The notes beneath the pieces were generated by a model that was given only the letters and a program-made list of their open reading frames with translations, was not told the DNA's origin and ran no database searches. The translations under genes were made by a program, and so were the position numbers. Below, piece after piece: positions 1 to 11,786 of a stretch of DNA of 37,974 nucleotides (its first letter is position 1; the number at the start of each line of letters is the position of its first letter). Origin of the DNA: Octopus bimaculoides (Eukaryota); the NCBI RefSeq assembly GCF_001194135.2, contig NC_068982.1:107447120-107485093 (forward strand), given 5' to 3'.

Positions 1-39
1 GACACCACCCCCTTTTTTTTTTTCTTCCTTCCCCCTCCC

Positions 40-107
40 AAATAGAAAAGCTCTACATTGTATTTGTCCCATCTTCGTTGAGCCCTGTGTGGCTAATAAA
101 AGAAATG

Positions 108-145
<38 letters not shown>

Positions 146-148
146 CCG

Positions 149-191
<43 letters not shown>
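40..191 (+). repeat. Probable retroelement 3' tail ending in a (TATC)n microsatellite
   Basis: gagccctgtgtggctaataaaagaaa is followed directly by (TATC)n at 108-191, a typical SINE/LINE tail layout; family not identified. Confidence 0.4.
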
Positions 192-194
<3 letters not shown>

Positions 195-351
195 TTCCCA
201 TATTTTAACATGTATAAGGAACCCCCTAATTTTGGGGGCTTCAGATTTGGAAAAAAGGTTTTGTAAGGGCTTATAATACTATTCTTGTATTCGAAACTCC
301 CATATTTTTTAACCTAATTTTTGACATATATATAAAGAGAGAGAAAGGATA

Positions 352-706
352 TTCCGATGGGCCTCACAGAGGGGATGACAAGCGACTGAGACTTCTGGTG
401 GTTTTCTATGTTTGAGAAGACATGTCAAGCTAAGTAAAATCCTGGTTATCTTTGCATACAGACATGTTCCCAACATCTCTCTTCAGCTGAGTGATCTTAA
501 TCTTGTGGGCTCAGGGATGCTGGTACCATATAAAGACACCCATGCTAGTGCTATGTAAAAGCATCCAGTAACTCCCTAAAAGGAAGGGCATCCAGCCATA
601 GAAACCATGTCGAATCACTTGAATCCCAGCCAGCTAGTTCCTGTCAAACTGTCCAACACATGCCAGCATGGAAAACAAACATTAAATGAGGATGATGGTG
701 ATGATG
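352..706 (+). mobile_element. 5'-truncated RTE LINE 3' end (ORF C-terminus, 3'UTR and (GAT)n tail)
   Basis: gggcctcacagagg..atgac..gac and ttgagaagac resemble the C-terminus of the RTE at 15177-16750 (GLTEAMTKD). The 3' end catgccagcatggaaaac...attaaatgaggatgatggtgatgatg matches that LINE's tail. Confidence 0.75.
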
Positions 707-1101
707 GTGTGTGTGTGTGCATGCATGCATATATGCTTGTGTGTATGTTTGTCTGTATCATTACAGTAGATTTCATTTCTATTAAATTAGTTTAACATTT
801 AGTTACTATTTTCTTTTTTAAAAAAAGGAATATTATTTCATTGAAAAAAATTGTCATTTTTCTTCTATAAAAGTCGTCTTGTGGCTTCTAAATATGTCTG
901 ATATAAATTTCTGCCAAGTCTTCAGATTTATGCATTTCTCAAGGGCATTGATAACATAAAAGTAAAGTGATTGCCTAAAAATGAGAACCATAACCAGACA
1001 ACTGGGAGCTATAGTCTATGGCATTTACTAAATATTTCATATTGACATAGTTTTTCTAAGAAGGATCAAGTTCATAAACTGGCTGATATCACAAAAGGTA
1101 A

Positions 1102-1147
1102 TACACACACACACACACACACATGCACACACACACACACATACACA

Positions 1148-1180
<33 letters not shown>

Positions 1181-1253
1181 NNNNNNNNNNNNNNNNNNNN
1201 NNNNNNNNNNNNNNNNNNNNNNNNNNNNNNNNNNNNNNNNNNNNNNNNNNNNN

Positions 1254-1290
<37 letters not shown>
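1102..1290. repeat. (CA)n/(CT)n microsatellite complex with assembly gap (N 1181-1253)
   Basis: Directly visible. Confidence 0.95.
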
Positions 1291-1293
<3 letters not shown>

Positions 1294-1510
1294 GAGGTTG
1301 GTGAAAAGTTCCTGGCTTCGGGTAAAAGAAAATACAGAAGGATCAGTTAATTATGATTTTATTCAACATATTCCCCCCTCAGATTCACACACTCATTGCA
1401 GTGGTCCTTCAGTTTTTCAAAGCCCTGTAAAAGAACTTGGAAGGTTGGGCCTCCAACCAGGCCTTTCATGATACCTTTAAAACCAGGAACTTTTCAGCAC
1501 CTCCTTGTGT
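1291..1510 (+). mobile_element. Mariner-type MITE (~220 bp), copy 1
   Basis: Terminal inverted repeats gaggttggtgaaaagttcctgg / ccaggaacttttcagcacctcc; no ORF; a second copy lies in opposite orientation at 27839-28061. Confidence 0.85.
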
Positions 1511-1579
1511 ATATAATAATAAAAGTATTGATACTTCTAAATTTGAATACAATCTGTAAGGTTGATATGCATATAATAT

Positions 1580-1976
1580 ACTCTTTTACTTGTTTCAGTC
1601 ATTTGACTGCGGCCATGCTGGAGCACCACCTTTAGTCGAACAAAGCAACCCCAGGACTTATTCTTTGGAAGCCTAGTACTTATTCTATCGGTCTCTTTTG
1701 CCGAACCGCTAAGTTACGGGGACGTAAACACACCACCATCCGTTGTCAAGTGATGCTGGGGGGACAAACACAGACACATAAACACACACATACATATATA
1801 TACATATACATATATAAACGACGAGGTTCTTTCAGTTTCCGTCTACCAAATCCACTCACAAGGCTTTGGTCGGCCCGAGGCTATAGTAGGAGACACTTAC
1901 CCAAGATGCCACGCAGTGGGAATGAACCCGGAACTATGTGGTTGGTAAGCAAGCTACTTACCACACAGCCACTCCT
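1580..1976 (-). mobile_element. tRNA-derived SINE, family A, full length
   Basis: The minus strand starts aggagtggctgtgtggtaag (A-box-like) and has ggttcattccc (B-box-like), then cttgggtaagtgtct, an internal TA/CA microsatellite and a tail ending gactgaaacaagtaaaagag. Homologous copies at 9222-9612 and 19861-20415. Confidence 0.9.
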
Positions 1977-2044
1977 TAGATTGGTGTTCCTTTATGTTGT
2001 TGAAATGTTCTGTAAACATATTACAAATAATAATTGTTTCTAAC

Positions 2045-2232
2045 ATAGACACATGGTCAGAAATTTGGGACTGGTGTAAGTATGTAAGTCAGTGACTTAT
2101 ATACATTTATCAAAGGTAGGAAGATGAGTGAAAGCCAAAATTGACCTCAGCAGTATTTGAGCTCAGAATTTAAAGAGCCGGAAGAAATACCAGAAGAAAT
2201 CTTGTCCAATACTCTGCCAATTCTGTCAACCC
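2045..2232 (-). mobile_element. Decayed tRNA-derived SINE, family B
   Basis: ttgacctcagcagtatttgagctcagaa...ctgccaattctgtcaac is homologous to 4644-4862. Confidence 0.65.
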
Positions 2233-2234
2233 AC

Positions 2235-2260
2235 TAATAATAATTATAATAATAACTTAT

Positions 2261-2291
<31 letters not shown>

Positions 2292-2311
2292 GCAACAATA
2301 ATACTATTATT
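2235..2311. repeat. (AAT)n microsatellite
   Basis: Directly visible. Confidence 0.95.
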
Positions 2312-2339
2312 AACTAAGTTATTATTTTTACTTTTACGT

Positions 2340-3441
2340 CTCCTCATCACCCCTAAATTCATTGTCCACAGCCCTCACACTTCCACAATTTACTTCCTCT
2401 CCAAAATCCACAAATCTAACAACCCTGGCTGCCCCATCGTCTCCTCCTGCAACTGCTCCACCAAATTCATCTCCAGATATCTTGACCGTGTCCTTGCCTC
2501 CCTAGTGGCTTCCCTCCCCTCTCACATCCATGACACCAACCATGCTCTTCATTTGTTCAACTCTTTCTCCTTCCCTCCTGGCCCCCTCTAAACTTCTCTT
2601 CACTCTTGACATCAAGGGTTTATACACAGTGATCCCTCACCACAAGGGGTTGCATGCACTCCAACATTTCCTTGACCTTTGACCCAACCCCCAACCTGAC
2701 ACATCTACACTCCTTCATCTGGCTGAACTTGTCCTCTCATTTTTTTACCAGCAAACCTCAGGAATAGCCATGGTAACAAGAATGAGCCCCAAATATGCGA
2801 AACTGCTTGTTGGCTATGTTGAGGCCCAAATATTCTCAAGTTTCACTGGTCCCACTCCTGAAATATACAGTCGTTATATTGATGACTGTATCGGTGCGAC
2901 CTCACTCTCCCGTGAACATCTAGACTCTTTCCTCTCTTTTGTCAAATCCTTCCATTCTGCCCTCCACTTCTCCTGTACTATTTCTGACACCTCAGTTGCC
3001 TTTCTCAATATTTCGGTCAGCATTCATCACTCCACTCTCACCACCTCAATCCACTACAAACACACAGACTCACACTCATATCTCAACTTCTCCTCCTCCT
3101 ACCCTAAACATACCAAGCTCTCCATTCCCTATTCTCAATTCCTCCGTCTACGCAGACTCTGCAGTGACGACGATGACTGGAAGACTCAGACTCAACTCAT
3201 GGCTCACCACTTCATTCTATCCCTTCACCACTATCCACACCGCCCTTGCCAGAGCACGTTCTGTGGACCATGCATCTGCTCTCTCCCCCACACCTGCCCT
3301 GTTGTCACCCATCTCCCGTTTCCCCTCACCTACCACCCCACCACCCTACCTCTCCAATACACCATTCTCTGAGCCTTCCGGCGACTCCAGTCCAACCCCT
3401 CCACTTCACACATCTTCCCTAACCGACCCCTCTCTGCCTTT
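2340..3441 (+). mobile_element. Penelope-like element (PLE) reverse transcriptase fragment, frameshifted
   Basis: Motifs YFLSKIHK..NPGCPIVS, LFTLDIKGLYTVIPH, GIAMVTRMSPKYA, YSRYIDDCIG, FLNISV, HYKHTDSHSYL and SIPYSQFLRLRRLCS are typical of PLE RT and thumb. Multiple indels; no GIY-YIG follows. Confidence 0.9.
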
Positions 3442-3444
3442 GTG

Positions 3445-3898
3445 CAGCTCTCTGCAGTAATTTTGAGAGCTGTACTTTGTGATCCTTTCTAACAATTCAC
3501 GTAAGATTCCGACAGTCACTATCTGAAAGTTTTGGTTTTCTTCCAGAGTTTTGTTTCGACAAGGAGGTTTTCCTTCTTTCTCAAAGGCCGTCATTACTTT
3601 GAGGCAGTACTTCTTGATACACCAAATATTTTGGCTCCTTTCGCTATTCTAAGGCCTGCCATACACAAGCACCAAAATTTGACCTCTTTGAAAGTCCGAT
3701 AGATCTGTCATTTTAATGAATTTTAATTACCTTTTTCCGATGATATCCAAAAAGAGACAGTAACTTTAGCAAAACATTAAGCAACATTGATAATAAATCA
3801 AAAAACATAAAAATAAACAAGCTTTTGACGATTTTATAGATATTTCAAAATTATGATGCTATGATGCTAGGTGTTTCCATTATTTTGTCCAACCCCTG
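3445..3898 (-). mobile_element. Tc1-like DNA transposon, 5' fragment (TIR plus N-terminal HTH of the transposase)
   Basis: The minus strand starts TA|caggggttggacaaaataatggaaacacc (Tc1-type TIR, TA at 3899-3900). The ATG at 3711 gives MTDLSDFQRGQI, later GVSRSTASKVMTAFEKEGK and NSGRKPKLSD..IVRKDHK, with frameshifts. Confidence 0.85.
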
Positions 3899-4643
3899 TA
3901 TATAATTTGTGTTACACTTAGAAGCACTGCACATTACCAGAATTTTCAACTCGAGTATAACAGAATGAACCACTCCAAATCTTTGTTATAGTATCTGTGT
4001 GAACTGATTTTAGGAATGGCTGGCTTGTATAAATTTGTGTGCGTTTGTGTGTTCATGAAAATGCACTCACATGCACATATGCACACAGATATTCTTAAAC
4101 TGTGGATTGATGAATGGATCAATATGAGTATGTCTTCTCTTTCCTTACATTATTTTCTTTGATTCTTTGCTGTTATTTATCTAAAATTAGTATGTTCTGT
4201 AAGAAAATTCTAGAGAGTGAGAGAGTGCAGGAGACAGAATTTATTTGAAATAATTAGAGATACTATATTGAAACATTATATCTCAGAAACTTATCTTCAC
4301 CGGTAAGCAACAATCATTTTATCTGGGTGTAACTCTGTTTTGATCAGAACTTTTTTCTTATTTTTACAATGTGCTTGAAATAATTGCTATCGATATTTGT
4401 ATCTCACTGGGCTCATTAAAATGAACAGCATTGAAATTCTACAGTTGGTTGAATCAGTTGTATTGCAACCTTACAAAAAATGACCTTGTGTCTTAAGTAT
4501 TAAATCATTACTTTATATTGAACGTCTCAAAGTTACACACATTGACCTTGGTACCGAACTTTTGAAGTTTAACTTCACTCAATTACCCTATCCTGTATTT
4601 TAGAAGATTATCAGCATTGTCACTTCTCTCTAAAGTAATTAAT

Positions 4644-4862
4644 ATAGGTTTCAAATTTTAGTACAAGGCCAGCAATTTCAGGGGAAGGGTTAAGTCGATT
4701 ACATCGGCCCCAGTGCTCAACTAGTACTTATTTTATTGACCCCCAAAAGGATGAAAGACCAAGTCAACCTCAGCAGAATTTGAACTTTAAAAAGTAAAGA
4801 CAGATGAAATGCAACTAAGAATCTTACCCAGTATACTAACAATTCTGCCAGCTCACCACCCT
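4644..4862 (-). mobile_element. tRNA-derived SINE, family B, near full length
   Basis: Minus strand: ggtggtgagctggcagaattgtt (A-box-like), aagttcaaattc (B-box-like), then gaggttgacttggtctttcatccttttgggggtcaataaaataagtact, with a 3' end ending aaatttgaaacc. Several homologues in the window. Confidence 0.85.
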
Positions 4863-5598
4863 CTAAAGTAATTAATATTAATAAGTTAACTATCATGGTG
4901 TGTTACTGGAACTTAACGGTGATGTTACTTATTTCCGCTTACATTACATGCTGTTTAATCACAGGGAAATGTAAATTTTTTAAAATTTTGACAATATTTC
5001 ATAATTAAACTTTAATATTTAATACTCATGTTATTTAAATATCCTCAAAAGCATATCAAAGATACAGAATAAAATATTTTCTCGGATTATGAAAATGTAC
5101 CACTGGTGGTGCTGTGTGAAATTTGTAATGAACCACTGGTGGCACATGTGGTAGTTAAGATGTTAGAAAAAATTTAGTTATGAAGCTAAACCATGATTCT
5201 GGTTTTGCAAAGTACGTACTTTTACATGCTGTATGATGCAAGTGCATGCTTTTACATGCTTTATGATACAACCTTCTAAAATCACAATCTCTATCTCCCT
5301 CTTTCCATCTCTCTCACACATAAACGCATGCACAAACTAAAATAAAATCCCTGCCTGCTTAGAAATGTATCCACATTCTATCTCTTTCATAATGAATTTT
5401 ACTTGTATGAAATAATTAATATTTTGCTGCCACCATCTAAACGTTCTTAATGCACCTTCCTTTCTAATATTCTAAATTTTTTTTATTCACCTTCCAGACT
5501 CTTTATTAGATGTGAGCCAGTAATAAGCATCTAGTTCTGTTCACAATCACCCTCAATGAATTTTTTAAAACATATCTATTTTCTTTTCTTATTTACAG

Positions 5599-5711
5599 AT
5601 TGTCTTTTCAAGATCTGTCCCAACAATCGTTATTCTGCTCAAAAACAGTTCTGGAAAGCAGCTCGCCATGGTGTAAATGCCACAGATGCTGTATTGCTGA
5701 AAAAGCTTCAT
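5599..5711 (+). CDS. ITPR: Inositol 1,4,5-trisphosphate receptor, coding exon (suppressor domain): (D)[37 protein letters not shown]
   Basis: Acceptor ttcttttcttatttacag| and donor |gtaagt; 113 bp, phase 1 to phase 0. Translation matches the remembered ITPR1 segment [23 protein letters not shown]...DAVLLNKLH. Absent from the ORF track because it is short and lacks an ATG. Confidence 0.97.
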
Positions 5712-6309
5712 GTAAGTATTAAGATATAATCTGGTCTGTTTCAGTGAATTTAACATACAACCTATGCTAACATGAGAGGACAAGTGAGAAAAATATATAT
5801 GTTAATGTTGTCAATGATAGTTTACTTAGCTATAATAAATATAGAAATAATGGTCAGTTTGGAATCTCAAGTCTTAAGAACAACAATAAATGTGATCTGC
5901 TGAACTGGATACAAATCTTACTGGGATATTTACACTCTCTTGCAGTCTAATTGGCAATGATTATCTCAAGTTAGAGGTTGGTTTGCTTGGTATACTTACA
6001 CAATTATGTGCAGCCTATGTAATTTATTGAGGTTGGCCAGTTTTGTATTTACACTATTGGATGCATTCTACCACACATCATGTGCAGCTGGTAAAAGCAA
6101 GGTTAGAATTATTTCTAAAAGGTTATACAGTATTTTAGATGTTATATTTATGGTTAGCATACTGACTCTGAAGTTATGGTATTTCACCCTGAACATACAG
6201 TCAATATTGTCATTTTTTCCTTAGTTTGCATGACTGATGATCAGTTTCAATCCTGCTTTATACTTGTATGATTAGTATTAAGAAAATAATCCTTCTGTAA
6301 AAACAATTT

Positions 6310-6377
6310 TTTTCTACACATCCAACTCATACCAGCATAGAACATGAACATTAAATGATAATGATGATGAAGATGGC
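6310..6377 (+). mobile_element. Short RTE-type 3' tail fragment
   Basis: tccaactcataccagcatagaacatgaacattaaatgataatgatgatg matches the RTE tail. Confidence 0.6.
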
Positions 6378-6977
6378 ACATAATTGTCCAAATTTTCAAA
6401 ACCTGGAAAAGTGGATGTAAAACAAATAAAAGTGATGATACAAAATACTAAATACAAACCACTGAAATATATGATGCAAAATTATGAAATATGGCTTCTG
6501 ATAAGAAATTATGCATGAGACAAATTTTCTGAGTTAAGTATTTTCATTAATTTATACCCTAAATATGAATGTTCTAGAAGTACTGTTACTTTTTGACCAC
6601 ACCTACAACTGATATCTATTTTCCACATCAATAACCAGTATCTATTTCTTGTGCTTGTAACTGCTATCTATTGCTACATCAATAAATGTAATTTGTTCAA
6701 TATTTTATCTACATGGCTATTTTAATTCTATGATGTAGTTTCTGTTAGAATCAGTTAACACCTCTCATTTGCAAAATCATGTTCTAAGAAAAAAAAGAAA
6801 AACAGCATATGTTGTACAAGAAATGTCTCTCTATTAACACTGCCAGATAGGATATTTCAGATCACAAATTCCAGAGAACTTTGAGAATAAGGGAAACCTA
6901 TATGCAGGGTTCCAAACCTGCTAAGAATAACAGTCAATTTTCCTTCCAATCTCACCTTATTGGATAAAGTAGTGTTA

Positions 6978-7046
6978 ACATATATATATATATATATTTT
7001 ACATGTTTCAGTCATTAGACTGTTGTCATGCTGGGGTACCACCTTG

Positions 7047-7091
<45 letters not shown>

Positions 7092-7300
7092 CATAAAGTA
7101 AACAGTATTACAGATCCACTACAGCTGATCTTACCAATCAGTTTTGCCCAGAATATTAGATTACCAAACAATTATTTAATAACTGTGCTTGAAGGCAATG
7201 GAATTTGATTCTAAATACATGTCTAGTGTTTTGCATAAAAATATNNNNNNNNNNNNNNNNNNNNNNNNNNNNNNNNNNNNNNNNNNNNNNNNNNNNNNNN

Positions 7301-7348
<48 letters not shown>
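6978..7348. repeat. (TA)n and (CA)n microsatellites with assembly gap (N 7245-7300)
   Basis: Directly visible. Confidence 0.9.
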
Positions 7349-7351
<3 letters not shown>

Positions 7352-7469
7352 TTGGTTATATGTATGCTCAATCAGGGGCAACATATAATCGAATGAATGA
7401 ACAAATGAAATCAGGACTTTCTAACAGTATTATTGTCCCTAGAAAAACTACGGCAGCTGTGGCAACAAC

Positions 7470-7682
7470 TGACCCAATGAGACATTCTCTATGTTGTTGT
7501 TTGACCTTCTAGAATTGGCAGCTAAATCTTCCCCTGATATAACATCCTACTGTCTGAAATAAGGCCACATTGGACAACATAGTTCTGCATATGCAAAAAG
7601 TACAGGATTATCATTGAGGAATGCCTTTGATAATAGATTTGCAGAATCAGACCTGGTGTTGGCTAAACAACAACAATAATAA
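7470..7682 (+). mobile_element. Dispersed repeat (SINE-like, family C) ending in an (AAC/AAT)n tail
   Basis: ttgaccttctagaattggcagctaaatct...ggattatcattgaggaatgcctttgataatagat...ggctaaacaacaacaat. Similar segments at 25850-25985 and, inverted, at 28596-28665 and 30068-30135. Confidence 0.6.
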
Positions 7683-8835
7683 TTTGAAGTTTAGATTGGA
7701 AAATACTTCTACTGATGTTCCATAATAACCTCATAACTACTGGGGTTTACTGAGAAATACTAAACAACTTTGAAGGCCTAAAGGGAATGAACAGTAATAC
7801 CAAAAACAGCAATCAAGAGAGTCTAAAAGCACTGTAATTGTCATGCTGACAATTCTTTAGTTCATTTTGATCATTGCAACTGAGGCCAAAGAGGAGCACT
7901 TTAGCTCTAAAAAATAAATAAATGATATGTTACAGAAATAGAATTATATTATTATGAGGAAAGAGAAAGGAAAAATATCAAGATTGCAAATATTTTACAA
8001 ATCACATTTCAAATGGAATTTGATTCTAAATACATGCTTAGTGTTTTGCCTAAATGTACATCAAAATGCTTGCTCTGGATTTAACTCAAGACCTAGAAAA
8101 CAGCATCTACTTTGCCACTTCATTTCTGTTCACAAAACAATACTTATACCAGAGAGTTAAAACCAATGAATTATAAAGCAGTAAGTTGACACTTTAACAG
8201 TTTAACCACATGAACTTTTTTTAAAGTTTTTTTTTTATTTAAAATAAAATTTTAATAAATCTAAAATTTGTTCTAATGTTTAGGGATTGATTTCAAATTT
8301 TAAGAAACTGTGGCTGTCAGATTAAGACTGATCTACAAGGTCATGATCTCAAATCTTACTCAAAATCAGATGGTGCTTCTCAGTCTGTTTTAACTTAAGC
8401 TGAGAATCAGATGCCATTTGTGTTTCTGCTGTAAGCAATGCTATTCTAGCAAAATCAATGTATAACAGTTTTAAGCAAAAGTACTTGTCTGCAATTACAT
8501 TTTAGATATGGAAAAAATTAACATCTGGTCTTATATAAAATGGTATAAAATTTGTCATAAATATTAGTGTTTTACTGCAAGGAATAAGCTGTAATAAATT
8601 ATGGAAACATTGAATATTTGAGAATCTTTGAAACATTGAGACTTTTAATTACTTTCCTGTAATTAAATAAGAAAGACCAAATATCTCTTAGAAATATAGT
8701 ACTAAGTAGTAATTAATAACCAGCATTTCATATTGGTGAAGTATGGACTTATTCTAAAACACTCCTTTAATAAGAACAGTAAATGGTATCTCATTTTAGC
8801 AAAATGTCTCAACTTTTCAGATTGTTGTGAATGAT

Positions 8836-8983
8836 TTCTTCTTCTTCTTCTTCTTCTTCTTCTTCTTCTTCTTCTNNNNNNNNNNNNNNNNNNNNNNNNN
8901 NNNNNNNNNNNNNNNNNNNNNNNNNNNNCTCCTCCTCCTCCTCCTCCTCCTCCTCCTCCTTCTTCTTGCTGCTGCTGCTGCTG
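8836..8983. repeat. Compound triplet microsatellite (CTT)n-gap-(CCT)n-(CTT)-(GCT)n (N 8876-8928)
   Basis: Directly visible. Confidence 0.95.
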
Positions 8984-9221
8984 TTACTATCAGTTACTCT
9001 GTTTCTTCTAGTTATAGAAATGATATTTACATTGGCAAAATCTAACTTTACTCTAGTGAAAACACCATTCCATTTTGATACCAACCATCTTGAGACCACT
9101 CTTGGTTCTATGATACAAACTTCCTGTTTTAAAGTGATCTAAAATCCTTATCAAAATATCATGTTAATTTATGTTCCAAACACTATCTTAATAATGAAAG
9201 AAGTTATTTTATTAAATTCTT

Positions 9222-9612
9222 CAGGTGTAGTTGCATAGTAAGAAGCTTGTTTCCTCACCACATGGTTCTGGGTTCAGTCCCACTGCGTGACACCTTGGGC
9301 AAATGTCTTCTACTATAGCCTCAGGCCAACCAAAGCCTTGTGAGTAGATTTGATAGATGGAAAACTCATTGTATATATATATATATATTGTATGTCTTTA
9401 TGTCTGTGGTTGTTCCCCCACCATTGCTTGACAACTGGTGTTGGTATGTTTACTTCCCCACAACTTAGCAGTTTGGCAAAAGAGACCGATAGAGTAAGTA
9501 CTAGGCTTTAAAAAAAGTAAGTCCTAGAGTTGATTTGTCCAGCTAAAATCCTTCAAAGCAGTGCCCCAGCATGGTCACAGTCTAATGATTGAAGCAAGTA
9601 AAAGATAAAAGA
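9222..9612 (+). mobile_element. tRNA-derived SINE, family A, full length
   Basis: ggttctgggttcagtcccactgcgtgacaccttgggcaaatgtcttctactatagcc..., an internal (TA)n and tail gcaagtaaaagataaaaga; inverted homologue of 1580-1976. Confidence 0.9.
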
Positions 9613-11463
9613 TTATTTTAAAAATTGCTTGAAACAAAGTTTGTGTACTTTAACAGAAATATACTAACCAAAGGGTTAAAAATTCATAATGACATCATAA
9701 TGGTTGCTAAATCTTCAAAACATACTCTCAATGCAACCATGCACATAATCCCCAATGAAAGAGTTCATTTGAAACCTCAACGTTCTCATCTTGCCACCAC
9801 AGCATACAGAGTTATTTATATTTGTGAACTTCAAACGACAAGCCTTTTGTAGACAAAAAGATATTTGTTTCTCAAAAGTTGTAGCCAATCTAAAAAAGAA
9901 ATTAAAAAGCTCTTTTAAGAACTCAGTCATATGGTATAAAAGAATTGATTTAATCTAGCTGAAATAAGGCTACCCAGAAAATTCAAGATTTACCTTCAGG
10001 ATGGGTGTGACTCAAAATTGATGTTATCTCCAATGAGATAGGGTTGAATGAAATTAACTGTGATACAACACTTACATTTGGAAAGGGTCGTGTGTTTCAA
10101 GATACCTGAAGATTCTTTGTAGATGGATGTTTTTACCACTTCTATAAAGTTCACAAAACTGCTAAAATATAGTTACTACTTCAGAAAAAGCAGTTGATGT
10201 GAAAGAATCTTTATTAAGTGAGATTTCACAAGAAAAGAAAACAGAGGAGGATGTAGATTGAGAAGAGTGCAGTTTGTTGCATATATTGTTCTTGCAACAG
10301 TGCAGAAAGGCCAAGCTTCAGGTGAAATCATAAAAGCAATATCAAAATTAAAGAGAAAACAACCCTGAGGAAGATGATTGATACAAATGCAAGTTGTTAC
10401 TGTGGCTGTATTTATTTTTGCTGAGATTCTTTGTGTTCTTGATGTGAACCAAATTTAGAGAATTGGTCATTAACAGCTATTCAATAATAGGTGACTGACA
10501 AAGCTTTCTATTTAATGTAATTATAGCATGAAAATAAAACATTATTTGGCAAACATTATCAAGTCAAATCTGTAATGGTTAGATGTCCCATGAGACCAAA
10601 ACGTTTTGAGGAGGCCTGAAATTACTGTTCAGGAATAGAAGCTGAAACTAATGACTTCTATGTCAGAATTGGAACTGCTCATGGAGCTGCTGACTGTGTA
10701 ACAGGAAAATGTTCTACTACTTATAGAAATGTCTTTTGACCAATGAAGTTGTATAAGAATTGTTCATTACATCTCCCCCACTCCTTTTTTAAAATGTGTT
10801 TTAATCAGATTGCATTTTATATTCATGTGCAGTTTGGATATAAAAGCTTGTTACCATGGTGTCTATATTTTCTGTAATTTTCTCCAAGACCTAGGAAGTT
10901 CTTGACATATTTTGCAACAGTTTTTACAGAGATTATGGCTTCATTAACTTCATAACACTCTTTTGGTTCCACATTCCAAGAGTCCTCACCACCACTACCA
11001 TCATCATCATCATTGTTGTTATTGTCCTTTGTCTTCATGTCATCAATATTATCAACATTTTAACATGAGCTTTTCTCTAAAGTTATATGTCCCTGTACTA
11101 GTCATGTAAATAGAAGCCAATTGTACACACACACACACACACACACACACGTTGCTTGATGTAGGATTGAATAGTGAATGTGCTTTAAACAATTAAAGAG
11201 TTTATAACAGAGGGTAATAAAAACGTGAGAATGTGATAACCCAGTTATCTTACATTTTTACTGTTTCATATATACTCTTTATATCTACATGTTAACCCTT
11301 GTTTAAAAAATGGAAGCACAAATATATTAGAGGGGGAGAGAGAGAGAGAGAGACAAAGAGAGAAAGAGGGAGCACTTTTGGTCTATTGCATTAAGTTTCA
11401 TTCTTGTGTGAAACTTAAACCTGAGTCAATAGGGATCTTTAACTGGTGTATATTTATAAATAT

Positions 11464-11786
11464 GTGAAGGTGTGTGGCTTAGTGGTTAGGATACTTAGCT
11501 CATGATCATGAGATTGTGAGCTTGATTCCTGGGGTTACATTGTGTCCTTGAACAAAACACTTTGTTTCATGTTGCTCCATTCCACTCAGATGGCAAAAGT
11601 AAGTTGTATTTGTAATTCAAAGAGCCAGCCTTGTCACACTCTGTGTTACAGTGAATCTTCTTGTGAAGTATATGAAGAGTACATGTGACTGTGAAGTGTC
11701 CGGCCACTTGTACATTACTTTCACAAGCAGGCTGTTCCATGGATCAGATCAACTAGAACCTTCATCGTTGTAATCACCAGAGTGTA
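11464..11786 (+). mobile_element. tRNA-derived SINE, family D
   Basis: tggcttagtggttagg (A box), gcttgattcc (degenerate B box), then the conserved-core-like gtgtccttgaacaaaacactt...ttgctccattccactcag. Confidence 0.75.

Noticed and set aside
1580-1976. tRNA gene call from A/B boxes (also at 9222, 11464 and 19861)
   Set aside because: There is no cloverleaf, and the boxes lead into SINE bodies present in multiple copies.
1-5598. Upstream ITPR exon (LVDDRCVV...PPKKFR)
   Set aside because: I could not find it by eye; it presumably lies 5' of the window.
8836-8983. Poly-Glu/poly-Ser coding or triplex-forming tract
   Set aside because: It is intronic, interrupted by an assembly gap of uncertain length, and ordinary for a microsatellite-rich genome.
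9690-10200. Possible pogo-like DDE relic (NATMH, LILPPQHT)
   Set aside because: Only short, frame-switching motif resemblances; not enough to support a call by eye.
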